From the NCBI GenBank assembly GCA_965214095.1, contig OZ243938.1, positions 2,624,001 to 2,688,000 of the forward strand: a stretch of 64,000 nucleotides of DNA, given 5' to 3'. Below the pieces are notes generated by a model. It worked only from the letters and a program-made list of their open reading frames with translations. It was not told where the DNA came from and did no database searches. Both the position numbers and the translations under genes were made by a program. The DNA is from Candidatus Poribacteria bacterium (GTDB lineage: Bacteria; Poribacteria; WGA-4E; WGA-3G). This document shows, in pieces, positions 1 to 10,981 of this stretch (position 1 is its first letter; each line of letters opens with the position of its first letter).

Positions 1-1509
<1,509 letters not shown>

Positions 1510-1575
1510 CCCATTGACAGCAAAATAGATGTCAATCAAATCAATGCTGGGGTTAGCAAAGTTATGTCCCGGCAA

Positions 1576-1678
1576 TTATGGACTGTTTTGAATTATTTAT
1601 ACACTGTTGTGTCGGCAAGGTTAGAAGCCTCGCCTACTGTGAGGTGAAAGTGTATAATTACTTTTTTATTCACCATAA
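1576..1678. repeat. MITE/REPIN-like element containing one GTAG-type REP hairpin
   Basis: Imperfect terminal inverted repeats (ttatgg..aattatttatacact / agtgtataatt..ccataa) around 1611-1637, which reads gtaggcgaggcttctaaccttgccgac on the minus strand; similar to 23175 and 52889. Confidence 0.7.
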
Positions 1679-1704
1679 TCTAAAGCTACTATAAAGAAAG
1701 TGAA

Positions 1705-4155
1705 ATGCAAGAAGAAAACATTATTAGACGACCGATAGAAAATGAATTACAAACGTCCTATCTCACGTACGCGATGAGCGTCAATACGAATAGGGCACTT
1801 CCGGATGTGCGAGATGGTTTAAAACCGAGTTCACGACGTATTATTTATGCTATGGGGGAACTCAATCTAACGGGTGATCGTCCCTACGATAAGTGTGCTG
1901 CAGTCGTTGGGGAGGTGATGAAAAACTTTCACCCACACGGTGATGGACCGATTTACGGGACACTTGTTGGACTTGCGCAGGAGTTTAATACGCGTTATCC
2001 GTTAATTGATGGACAGGGAAACTTTGGCTCTATTGACGATGACCCCGCAGGCGCAATGCGCTATACAGAGTGTAGACTCGCTAAGATTGCTGAGACATTG
2101 CTCCTACATATTGGCATGGATACGGTAGACTTCCAACCGAATTATAAGGATTCAATTGAAGAACCGACTGTGCTGCCCGGACTTCTCCCGAACCTACTTG
2201 TCAATGGCACGACAGGAATCGGTGTGGGGTATCTTACAAGGATACCACCGCATAATCTCAATGAAGTTGTAGATGCCCTCCTAAACATACTCGACTTTCC
2301 TGATGCTACTGTTGACGAACTTATAGAATTTATGCCCGGTCCAGATTTTCCAACAGGTGGTATTATTGTGGGAAGACAAGCCATCAAGGAAATGTATACA
2401 AGAGGCAAGACAAGTAAGGGTGGGATTACGATACGTGCAAAGGTGACGATTGAACCGATGACGCATGATAAATCGCGGGGAGATCGTGAACAGATCATCG
2501 TTACCGAAATTCCGTATCAAGTTAAGAAAAATCGTCTTCTTGAACAGATCGTTCAACAGGTAAATGGGAATACAATTACCGGAATTTCGAATATTCGAGA
2601 CGAATCTGATGAAGATATTCGTATCGTTATTGAACTCAAACGAGGTGAAGTACCGCAAGTTGTATTGAATCAACTCTATAAACATACTGCTATGCAGGAC
2701 GACTACCATCCGATCCTGCTCTGTCTTGTAGATGGTCTTCCGAAAGTTTTAACGCTGCCAGAGATTTTACTTCACTACTTGGCACATCGGCGGGAGGTAA
2801 TACGTAGGCGGACACAGTATGATTTGGCACGTTGTGAACGTCGAGCACATATATTAGAAGGATACCGAACTGCTCTTGAGCATTTAGAGGAAGTGATTGA
2901 CATTGTGCAAACAGCTGAGACTCCAGATGATGCACTGAATCAATTGCAATCTCAATATGAACTCACGGATGTTCAGGCACGCGAGGTATTAGGTTTAACC
3001 TTACGACAACTCACTGGTCTAGAACGACAACGGATCAACGATGAATACAGTGATCTACTTGAAACAATTGCCGAACTCCGAGCTATCCTTGCAGATGAGG
3101 ACCTTGTCACAGAAATCATCCGAACGGAATTAGCAGGTTTGAAAGAGGATCATGGAGATGACCGTAGAACTGAGATCGTTTCTGAAGTGAAAAGTTTTGA
3201 GATGGAAGACCTTATCGCTGATGAGGAGATGGTTGTTACACTGACACATTCAGGTTATCTCAAACGCATTCCGATGGATACCTATCGTACGCAAAATCGG
3301 GGTGGCGTTGGCATTAAAGGTGGTAATCCGAAAGATGGAGACTTCTTGGAACAGTTGATTATTGCTACAGCACACCAATCCCTACTCTTCTTTACAAGTT
3401 TGGGTAAGTGTTATGTACTGAAAGTTTTTGAGATACCAGAAGGTTCAAGAATAGCAGCAGGCAGAGCCGCAGTAAATATGTTACAATTGAGTGAATCGGA
3501 GACCATAACCGCATTTTTACCGATCAGAGAGTTTACTGATGATACCTATATTCTGATGTCAACAAAACACGGTATTGTGAAGAAAACTGCCCTGAGTGAA
3601 TTTAGAAATACCATTTCAAGTGGGATCATAGCAATTAATTTGGATCCGGACGATCTATTGATCGGAGCACAACTTACAGATGGCAACTATGATGTTATCC
3701 TTGTTAGCCATAATGGGTATTCTATCCGCTTCAAGGAAACTGATGTGCGGGGGATGGGACGGCGGACGCGAGGCGTTCGTGGTATTCGTCTGACAGAAGA
3801 GGATTTTGTCGTGGATATGGTGTGTTCTGCAGATGAAAATGATTCGTTGTTGATTGTTACAGAAAACGGTTATGGTAAACGCACAGGACTGTCTGCGTAT
3901 CGCTCACAAAAACGTGGCGGTGTTGGTTTGACTGCCATAAAACGTTCAACGCGTAATGGGGCAGTTGTTTCTGCAAAACTGGTCTCGAATTCTGATGAAC
4001 TCGTCCTGATTAGTTCTACTGGATACGTTACACGGATGGCTGTCAGTGATGTTCGCGTGATCGGTCGTACAACGCAAGGTGTCAGAATGATGACTTTACA
4101 AGACGATGAAACGTTGGTAGACGTTGCTACAATTTCGGAAACGGATACTGATTAA
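1705..4155 (+). CDS. gyrA: DNA gyrase subunit A
   Basis: RALPDVRDGLKP, FHPHGD, AMRYTE (catalytic Tyr), GPDFPTGG, GyrA-box QNRGGVG and beta-pinwheel C-terminal repeats. Confidence 0.98.
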   Translation: MQEENIIRRPIENELQTSYLTYAMSVNTNRALPDVRDGLKPSSRRIIYAMGELNLTGDRPYDKCAAVVGEVMKNFHPHGDGPIYGTLVGLAQEFNTRYPLIDGQGNFGSIDDDPAGAMRYTECRLAKIAETLLLHIGMDTVDFQPNYKDSIEEPTVLPGLLPNLLVNGTTGIGVGYLTRIPPHNLNEVVDALLNILDFPDATVDELIEFMPGPDFPTGGIIVGRQAIKEMYTRGKTSKGGITIRAKVTIEPMTHDKSRGDREQIIVTEIPYQVKKNRLLEQIVQQVNGNTITGISNIRDESDEDIRIVIELKRGEVPQVVLNQLYKHTAMQDDYHPILLCLVDGLPKVLTLPEILLHYLAHRREVIRRRTQYDLARCERRAHILEGYRTALEHLEEVIDIVQTAETPDDALNQLQSQYELTDVQAREVLGLTLRQLTGLERQRINDEYSDLLETIAELRAILADEDLVTEIIRTELAGLKEDHGDDRRTEIVSEVKSFEMEDLIADEEMVVTLTHSGYLKRIPMDTYRTQNRGGVGIKGGNPKDGDFLEQLIIATAHQSLLFFTSLGKCYVLKVFEIPEGSRIAAGRAAVNMLQLSESETITAFLPIREFTDDTYILMSTKHGIVKKTALSEFRNTISSGIIAINLDPDDLLIGAQLTDGNYDVILVSHNGYSIRFKETDVRGMGRRTRGVRGIRLTEEDFVVDMVCSADENDSLLIVTENGYGKRTGLSAYRSQKRGGVGLTAIKRSTRNGAVVSAKLVSNSDELVLISSTGYVTRMAVSDVRVIGRTTQGVRMMTLQDDETLVDVATISETDTD

Positions 4156-4181
4156 TCTTGCTATTGATAGGGAGAATTATT

Positions 4182-5735
4182 ATGAAGAATAAAATATGTA
4201 TATTTGTCAGTCTGTTTTGTATTCTATGTCCGTTGTCAATGGAAGTGGTAACAGAGGCACAAGAAAACTCCTTAAGTGAAATACCCGAACAAGTGCCGTT
4301 AACAGAGGCATCTAAGAAAGCAAAACAGGTATATACACAACTCATGTATGCAGTCTATCTGCAATCATTTAATAAAGATATTAAGGAAGCAAGAAATATA
4401 TATGATGCGTTGGTAGAACAGGCACCAGAATCTGCCTATGTTTGGTATAAACGCGGGCAACTTCTAAACATAATGCAGAATATTCGCCGCGCTGAACAAG
4501 ATACGCGCCGCGCACTTGAACTTGACCCATCACATATTCAAGCGACATGGCAACTAGCTCAAATTCTTGTGAAACGGGCATCCTATTCAGGTAGCAGGGC
4601 TATTAAGAAAGTCCTGAAAGAACTCGAGGTCCTAGAAACCCTTGAGAGAGTGATTGAACTAGACCCTGACCATTTAGATGCACACCACGTACTTTCAGAT
4701 TTGGCGTTCCAGATCGGTGAATACAAGACAGCGGAAACATCATATAAGGCACTTACACGTATCTTACCTTTTGAACCGACTTTCCATGAACGGCTTGGTG
4801 ATATTTACAAAAATTTAGACCGTCCACATGAAGCAATCGATGCCTATCAAAGGGTGATAAGAATTAAATCGAATGATCAGAATGCGCTTAGAGCATTAGG
4901 GGAACTCTACCTCAGTATAGGTAAATTGACTGAAGCGCGACAATCCTTTGAGAAGGTCCTAGTTATGGTGCCTCAAGACTTTGGTGCCAACTTAGGTATG
5001 GGTTTAGTTTTTCAGCAACTTGCAGGAAACACTATTCAGTCAGAAAATGATAACCCATCAGATGAACCAGTTGATAAATTCGAACTTCTCGAATCTGCAG
5101 AAACACATCTGTTACGCGCGATCTCCATAGCAAAAGAGGTCGTCAATAATTCTCGGAATGAATCCCGTCGTACATATTATCAAGAACTTGCGAACAGAGC
5201 TCAGTATCTCCTTGTAGACGTTTATATTTCATTTAAGAACTTTGAAAAAGCTACAGAAATCTTTGATAAAATACTTGAGGACGATCCTGATAATATTGTT
5301 GCTATATACGGTATCGGTTCAGTCTATCAAGCGATGGGAGATTTCAAAAATGCAGAAACCTATTTGCGAAAAACGCTTACACTTCAACCAACGCATGTAG
5401 ATGCCCTCAACGGACTCGGTTATCTTTATGCACAGCAAGGTAAGAATCTTGATGAAGCTGAGGCGTTAATCAAACGCGCACTTGAGAAATCTCCAGAAAA
5501 TGGAGCATACCTTGATAGTCTTGGATGGGTGTTCTTTAAACAAGGAAAATTCGCGGAAGCTGTTGATACTTTGGAGAGTGCTAATCAACAATTACCAGAT
5601 AGTGTTGAAATCTTGATGCATCTTGGAGATGCATATAGCAAGACGGGTGAACTTGAAAAAGCACGTAGTGTTTGGCAGCAAGCGCAAAAACTTGAACCAG
5701 ATAATAGTGACATAAAGGAACGACTCAAGCAATAG
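4182..5735 (+). CDS. Exported tetratricopeptide-repeat protein
   Basis: GGGAG RBS before ATG 4182; hydrophobic N-terminus; many TPRs; C-terminal ALNGLGYLYA...AYLDSLGWVFFK...ILMHLGDAY pattern typical of envelope TPR proteins. Confidence 0.85.
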   Translation: MKNKICIFVSLFCILCPLSMEVVTEAQENSLSEIPEQVPLTEASKKAKQVYTQLMYAVYLQSFNKDIKEARNIYDALVEQAPESAYVWYKRGQLLNIMQNIRRAEQDTRRALELDPSHIQATWQLAQILVKRASYSGSRAIKKVLKELEVLETLERVIELDPDHLDAHHVLSDLAFQIGEYKTAETSYKALTRILPFEPTFHERLGDIYKNLDRPHEAIDAYQRVIRIKSNDQNALRALGELYLSIGKLTEARQSFEKVLVMVPQDFGANLGMGLVFQQLAGNTIQSENDNPSDEPVDKFELLESAETHLLRAISIAKEVVNNSRNESRRTYYQELANRAQYLLVDVYISFKNFEKATEIFDKILEDDPDNIVAIYGIGSVYQAMGDFKNAETYLRKTLTLQPTHVDALNGLGYLYAQQGKNLDEAEALIKRALEKSPENGAYLDSLGWVFFKQGKFAEAVDTLESANQQLPDSVEILMHLGDAYSKTGELEKARSVWQQAQKLEPDNSDIKERLKQ

Positions 5736-5758
5736 TTACGGAATGCAGTGCGGAACAA

Positions 5759-7471
5759 TTGAGAATGCGATATACGATCCTCACGTTTTTCTTGTTAACG
5801 CTGACACTCTTTTCCCAAACAGGCGAAGCGTTCCGTTGTGGGACTGCGCTCTTGAAACAGGAAAAGGTGCACCAACTCCCATCCGAAGCGGTGACAGCTC
5901 CAGCACATCCGAATGCCCCCGCACGTCCTGTTGGATTCCAACGTCCCTTCTTTGCCATTGACTTCGCAAGAAAGCAGCAGTATACGGTCAACGCAACGTT
6001 ACGTGCAAGCGGAATACATTGTGATATATATGTGGAAGATGCAGAATGGCAAGAAAATATCAATCCGATAACATTGCATTTGATACAAGTAGCATTTGAT
6101 GAGGCAACACCTGCCGACCCGCGACGTGGTATTTATGACATCTTAACGGATGAGTTCGGACCACCACCCGATGTTGATGCCAATCAGAAAGTTATATTGC
6201 TCTTGCTCAATATACGTGATGTTGGTGACCGCCACACAACAGTCGGTTACTTCATGCCAATTGACCAAGAACGCGGGGTACTCCACCATCCAACCCTCGG
6301 ACCATTACATAGCAACGAAGCCGATATTCTTTACCTTAATACAAATTACATTTCGCCAAATTTTGACACGTTTCAGGCAGTCATTGCACATGAGCTACAA
6401 CACCTTATCCATTGGAAGCATTCACCAAGAGAGGAAATTTGGGTAGATGAAGGTTGTGCTGATTATGCGACCTTCCTGTGTGGTTATAATCTAAATCAAC
6501 ATCTTACTGCTTTTCAGAACGCACCACACATTTCCCTTACTGATTGGTCTCAAATGAGTCAAACACACTTGCTTGCACATTACGGGGCGGCTTTTCTTTT
6601 CATGCTATATCTAAATGATCACTATGGGGGCAGCCAAACTATTGCGGAGATTGTTAAAAATCGATTAGATGGAATTGTAGGAATTACTCATGCGCTGGCT
6701 GCACGTGGGGCACCAGTGAAATTCTCGGATATCTTCGCTGATTGGAAAGTTGCGAATTACCTTAGCACATGGCGAGCACTCGGCACACTTGAAGAGCAAT
6801 ACAAGTATAACACACATATACCAACGATTAAACCGATTTTTAGTCATCGCTCCTATCCGGTTGCCGGTAAGAATAAAACACTTGCTAATTTTGCTTCACA
6901 CGCAATTGAATATAAAGTTGCAACTGCGGGGCAGGCAGGACTTACCTTCAGTTTTTCTACGCGACGGAACACAAGTGTAGACATCAAAATCGCATTTCTG
7001 AAAAACACTGGGGACATCCTTGTTGAGGCGTTACCTCTAAACACCGTGGACGGTACTGCTTCATTGGATATTCCTGAGTTTGGTACTTCTTTCCAACGTA
7101 TAATGATTATGCCGAGCCTACAAGTTGAAAATCAAAGTTTTTCTCAGCAAACTATATCTTATAACTATAATGCGTTTGAAGGAAGTCTCGGCACTTATAC
7201 AACACATATTCTTCCTAACCCGATACACCCGAACTATTGGGAAATTATTGCTGTTCCGAGCGAAACAACAGTTGCGCAGGCGTTTACCGTAACCCTAACT
7301 TACCAGAATCGAAAGCTTAATGATGCCGAACCGATGGTGTATATCCAAAGCAAAGATCAAGCGGTCTACCGTTACGCTTTTCACCTTGAACCTGAAATTG
7401 AGACAGCAGACATTAAATGGCGCATTATGCGAGGGGAAACCATTATTGATGAAGGAGTTCTTGAAGAATAA
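5759..7471 (+). CDS. Secreted zinc metalloprotease (M30/immune-inhibitor-A-like)
   Basis: Signal peptide; propeptide FRCGT; zincin motif VIAHELQHLIH followed by WVDEG; family assignment by motif resemblance only. Confidence 0.75.
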   Translation: MRMRYTILTFFLLTLTLFSQTGEAFRCGTALLKQEKVHQLPSEAVTAPAHPNAPARPVGFQRPFFAIDFARKQQYTVNATLRASGIHCDIYVEDAEWQENINPITLHLIQVAFDEATPADPRRGIYDILTDEFGPPPDVDANQKVILLLLNIRDVGDRHTTVGYFMPIDQERGVLHHPTLGPLHSNEADILYLNTNYISPNFDTFQAVIAHELQHLIHWKHSPREEIWVDEGCADYATFLCGYNLNQHLTAFQNAPHISLTDWSQMSQTHLLAHYGAAFLFMLYLNDHYGGSQTIAEIVKNRLDGIVGITHALAARGAPVKFSDIFADWKVANYLSTWRALGTLEEQYKYNTHIPTIKPIFSHRSYPVAGKNKTLANFASHAIEYKVATAGQAGLTFSFSTRRNTSVDIKIAFLKNTGDILVEALPLNTVDGTASLDIPEFGTSFQRIMIMPSLQVENQSFSQQTISYNYNAFEGSLGTYTTHILPNPIHPNYWEIIAVPSETTVAQAFTVTLTYQNRKLNDAEPMVYIQSKDQAVYRYAFHLEPEIETADIKWRIMRGETIIDEGVLEE

Positions 7472-7520
7472 CACATAAAAGATTTTCGGTTTTCAGTAAA
7501 AGCGGAATGTATATCTACTG

Positions 7521-7540
7521 CTGATAACTGACTGCTGATG
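7521..7540 (+). repeat. CTGAnnn heptamer tandem array (about 3 units)
   Basis: ctgataa ctgactg ctgatg, preceded by a complementary tract tcggttttcagt near 7486. Confidence 0.55.
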
Positions 7541-7564
7541 TTATGTTATAAAATGGAGGAATAC

Positions 7565-8545
7565 ATGGCTAACACACTATATGCAGGAACTATTGGACAG
7601 AGCGTTTGGCGGAGTACTGATATTGGTAAAACTTGGCACCGCGTTAGCAACGGGATGTTCCCAGAAGCGGATATTCGCGCTATCGTCGTACATCCGACAG
7701 ATTCAAATGTCCTCTATGCTGGCACTGAGAAAGGTGTCGTCAAAACTACGGATGGTGGCAATAATTGGGCACATCTGCCGAGTGAAATGGACAGTCGAGA
7801 AGTTTGGTCACTTGCAATCCATCCGACTGAACCGGACACACTCTTTGCAGGGACATGTCCATCTGCTTTTTTCAAAACAACGGATGGTGGTAAAACGTGG
7901 AAACAACTTGACGCTGAACTGGCAGAAGAATGTGAAGGCATTCCTATCATTCCGCGCGTAACAACTATCATTATTGACCCAGAAGACCATGATACCGTCT
8001 ATGCAGGTATTGAGATTGACGGTATGCGTCTTAGCACTGATGGTGGAGAAACGTGGCATAATCGCAGTGAAGGATTGAGTAGTCAAGATATCCATGGTTT
8101 GACGGTGGTTCCGGGTGAGCAAAAAACACTTGTTGCTGCAACAAATAACGATGTTTGTATTACAACGGATATGCATCAGTGGACTCCCTTGAAGGTCCGT
8201 GACCATTTTCCATGGCCATATTGCCGCGCAGCATTCTATTTAAACGGTAATTCTGCAAAAGTATTTATCGGTGCAGGCAACGGTCCACCCGGTGATCAGG
8301 GTGGAATCTTTTACATGCAAGATGCAGCTGCAGCATCCGATGCAGACGCAATTCAGTGGGAACGTTCTGATATTGGGATAACTTCAAATAGCACTATTTG
8401 GTGTTTCGGTTCTAATCCGAGTGTGGATGGATTGCTGATTGCCTGTAGTGTGAGCGGACAACTTTTCTTGAGTGAGGACAACGGTGATTCCTGGACGAAA
8501 TTGACACACGAATTTGGAGAAGTACGCGCCTTAGCGGTGGCATAG
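7565..8545 (+). CDS. BNR/Asp-box repeat beta-propeller protein (sialidase/VPS10/YCF48-like fold)
   Basis: GGAGGA RBS before ATG 7565; repeated S/TxDGGxxW boxes (STDIGKTW, TTDGGNNW, TTDGGKTW, STDGGETW, SEDNGDSW); no signal peptide. Confidence 0.85.
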   Translation: MANTLYAGTIGQSVWRSTDIGKTWHRVSNGMFPEADIRAIVVHPTDSNVLYAGTEKGVVKTTDGGNNWAHLPSEMDSREVWSLAIHPTEPDTLFAGTCPSAFFKTTDGGKTWKQLDAELAEECEGIPIIPRVTTIIIDPEDHDTVYAGIEIDGMRLSTDGGETWHNRSEGLSSQDIHGLTVVPGEQKTLVAATNNDVCITTDMHQWTPLKVRDHFPWPYCRAAFYLNGNSAKVFIGAGNGPPGDQGGIFYMQDAAAASDADAIQWERSDIGITSNSTIWCFGSNPSVDGLLIACSVSGQLFLSEDNGDSWTKLTHEFGEVRALAVA

Positions 8546-9204
8546 CAGCTCAAGTCGATCCTTGCTCTGACACAAAAGTTTAGAGATACACAAGGCACAA
8601 GGGGAACAACTATGCACGACCAAAATCCAATTTTAGACCGGGAGAGCAGAACAAATAATAATCAGTTGAATTTGGTATGAGACATCCTACGCAGAATCAA
8701 CTCCGAATTTAGGACAGTTCTGACAAAACCGACCCAGACCCTCAGAATCGTAATTGGTAAAATTGGTAATTTTTCTTATAGACAAATCCAGTGATAGTCT
8801 ACATAATGCAACTTTTAAAATTACCAATTGCCTTTGGATAGCATGGAGTTGTCCTCAGAGATCACAGCAAGTGATCCCAAAACAGGTGCTTGGCACAGTT
8901 GTGACAAACTGCAGAATTGGTATAAGAAAATATAATTCCAATCGATAACGGGTTGTTTGTTTGCGGGGTGGTCTGGTTGGGTTCTGTGGGTTCACTGTGG
9001 TGCGGGTATTCTCTTTGTGCGGTGGTAGACAATCCGAGCGGCGCGGCGCGTTATCGCGTCGATTTATACTGGGTTGGTATACTGATGTTGTTCGGTTGGT
9101 GTGTTATTCTCACCTGGATTATTTTTTTGTAAAAACGTGTATATTTCTTTGGATATTGAGTTGAGTGTCAAAAACTTTACACACCCCCCATTTAAATTTG
9201 CCAC

Positions 9205-9234
9205 TTGACTTTTTTTTGCAAATTGTGCTAAACT
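9205..9234 (+). promoter_or_regulatory. Putative sigma70 promoter of the lipoprotein gene
   Basis: TTGACT (9205-9210), 18-bp spacer, extended -10 TGcTAAACT (9226-9234). Confidence 0.55.
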
Positions 9235-9345
9235 CTTCAAATGGGCGGGTTGTGCTTTGTTGGCAGACATAAGAGGTTTGCCCTCCATCAAAAATACGCA
9301 GCACGCCTTACGACTATAGTTTAATCAAGGAGGCATATCTCTATT

Positions 9346-10113
9346 ATGCGTTTTTTTAGTTTTCTAATAATACCTATTCTCCTCATTTCAATCGTTGGAT
9401 GTCTTGGAAGTGGGGAAATTAAAATTGACAAACCACCAGCATTTGTTAACGCGAAACGAGTTGTTATTACCAAGTTCATCGCTGAGGACACGGAGACACA
9501 GGAACTTGGCAAAAGGGTGAGTAAGAATTTAGCAGAACGTTTAGAACTTGTCTTAAAAGACAACGATTGGGTTTATGATGTATCGGAGAAAGTACAACCA
9601 ATAGCCGATAAAGTTGCGGAGTTAGGATTAACACTCAATGATGTGTATGCAGATCCAGCGTTGGCAGCTAAAGTAGGACAAGCCCTTGAAGCAGACATCA
9701 TTATAACAGGAATGGTTCAAGACCCTAAAATCCGTCGTATTGATAACAATGAACACTATATGCGGCAAGGAAGACAAACAGGTATATCGGGAACATCTAC
9801 ATACATCACTACGCGCCAGTCTGTGAGTGGCAGAGTACGGGTCAAAGCTATTGATGTTGCGACAGGCGAAATCCTATATAACAATCAGATACTATCATAT
9901 CTTAAATATTGGTTCGCTTATCAAACACAGCAGAGCGGACAAGTTATTTTCAAAGAAGATAATGAAATGCTTGCTGATTTAGGATTGTATTTGCCACGTC
10001 GTATTTCATACAAACTTTACCCAACGGGACTTAAGAAGGAACCTGAAGAACAGGTTTTGTTGATACCTGAAATTATACTAAAAGGCACTGGCGGAGTATT
10101 CAAATACGATTAA
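9346..10113 (+). CDS. Lipoprotein, CsgG/FlgT/LpoB-like fold likely
   Basis: AAGGAGG RBS; lipobox SIVGC; KVGQALEADIIITG and VKAIDVATGEIL segments resemble CsgG/TolB_N-type domains. Confidence 0.7.
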   Translation: MRFFSFLIIPILLISIVGCLGSGEIKIDKPPAFVNAKRVVITKFIAEDTETQELGKRVSKNLAERLELVLKDNDWVYDVSEKVQPIADKVAELGLTLNDVYADPALAAKVGQALEADIIITGMVQDPKIRRIDNNEHYMRQGRQTGISGTSTYITTRQSVSGRVRVKAIDVATGEILYNNQILSYLKYWFAYQTQQSGQVIFKEDNEMLADLGLYLPRRISYKLYPTGLKKEPEEQVLLIPEIILKGTGGVFKYD

Positions 10114-10141
10114 CATTACTTTCCTGCTGATTCAAAGATAT

Positions 10142-10180
10142 AAGGTGGATAGAAGTTTGATCTTCTGTCCACCTTGTTTT
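10142..10180 (+). terminator. Rho-independent terminator
   Basis: aaggtggatagaag-tttgat-cttctgtccacctt stem (one G-U pair) followed by gtttt, about 30 nt after the lipoprotein stop. Confidence 0.8.
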
Positions 10181-10258
10181 ATGAATGTATACCGAATTAA
10201 CCCAATTTGTAGCGTGTGGACTCCGTGCCTCGCCATACTGCCAGTTTCAGAAATCAAC

Positions 10259-10314
10259 TTTCCATTAAGAAATAGTCGGTTCTGTGTTTCCATTAAGAAA
10301 TAGTCGGTTCTGTG
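10259..10314. repeat. Perfect 28-bp tandem duplication
   Basis: tttccattaagaaatagtcggttctgtg at 10259-10286 and 10287-10314. Confidence 0.95.
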
Positions 10315-10322
10315 AATGTCGG

Positions 10323-10350
10323 ACGCACATTCACCAAGTGCAATTCATTG
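10323..10350. repeat. 28-bp dispersed repeat, copy 1
   Basis: acgcacattcaccaagtgcaattcattg, identical to 23129-23156. Confidence 0.9.
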
Positions 10351-10351
10351 A

Positions 10352-10828
10352 CTATCCATTAGGCAGCATTGAGTCGGTATCTTGAAAAAAGTTTTCTATT
10401 TGGTGGGTGTAGGTTCTGCCATGTTGTAGCAATTGCCTTGAAACGTCATAAAATTCAGCCGGAGGAATACTCTCATAAGGGTTTGCTATTTTTTGATAAC
10501 AGTCTAAAGCATGTTCAAAGAAATTTAGCGTGGATTCATCAATCGCACCGCTTTCTTGCACTGCACGGAAACCTTGAAATTTTTGGTATGGAGGTGTCTT
10601 GCCACTAAATTCAATTATGGCATTATTTATGTCTACTGCACGTTGTACAATCATCAGAAAGCAGCTTTTGATATAAGAATGCGTTAACCTGTCAGCAGCA
10701 ATATATTCCTTTTTGTTACCTGGAAGACCATGCTGTAATTGTCCAAAACATTCTTCTAAATACGTCAATTTTGCTTTCACAGGATTGAACTGACGTTGTA
10801 ATGAAGTTTCTTGAGTGGCTTTTGACAT
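10352..10828 (-). CDS. HepT/DUF86-like HEPN protein with degenerate RNase motif
   Basis: GGAG RBS; length and pattern (IVQRAVDINNAII...P...F...GAID) fit DUF86; CYQKIANPY occupies the position of FRNxLVHxY. Confidence 0.65.
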   Translation of the reverse strand: MSKATQETSLQRQFNPVKAKLTYLEECFGQLQHGLPGNKKEYIAADRLTHSYIKSCFLMIVQRAVDINNAIIEFSGKTPPYQKFQGFRAVQESGAIDESTLNFFEHALDCYQKIANPYESIPPAEFYDVSRQLLQHGRTYTHQIENFFQDTDSMLPNG

Positions 10829-10981
10829 TTTATACTCCTAATGTTTTTATTTTCAGACTATAATGGTAAGACGTGATTTAACATAAAAAGTTGTAGCAGT
10901 AAATAATTTCTCAATCGGAAACCCAGATTATCTGAAGTAATTTAACGGATATATTGAAGAGATGTTGACATAGGAAGAATA

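Noticed and set aside
8891-8905. tggcacagttgtgac as a sigma-54 promoter
   Set aside because: The -12 GC dinucleotide is missing (AC at that position).
8754-9304. Short ORFs 8754..8948, 8961..9164, 9064..9291, 9119..9304
   Set aside because: No RBS or recognisable motifs; they overlap a promoter and compositionally biased non-coding DNA.
10259-10350. 28-bp repeats as a possible CRISPR array
   Set aside because: Only two abutting copies with no spacer; the other 28-mer recurs 13 kb away; no cas genes.
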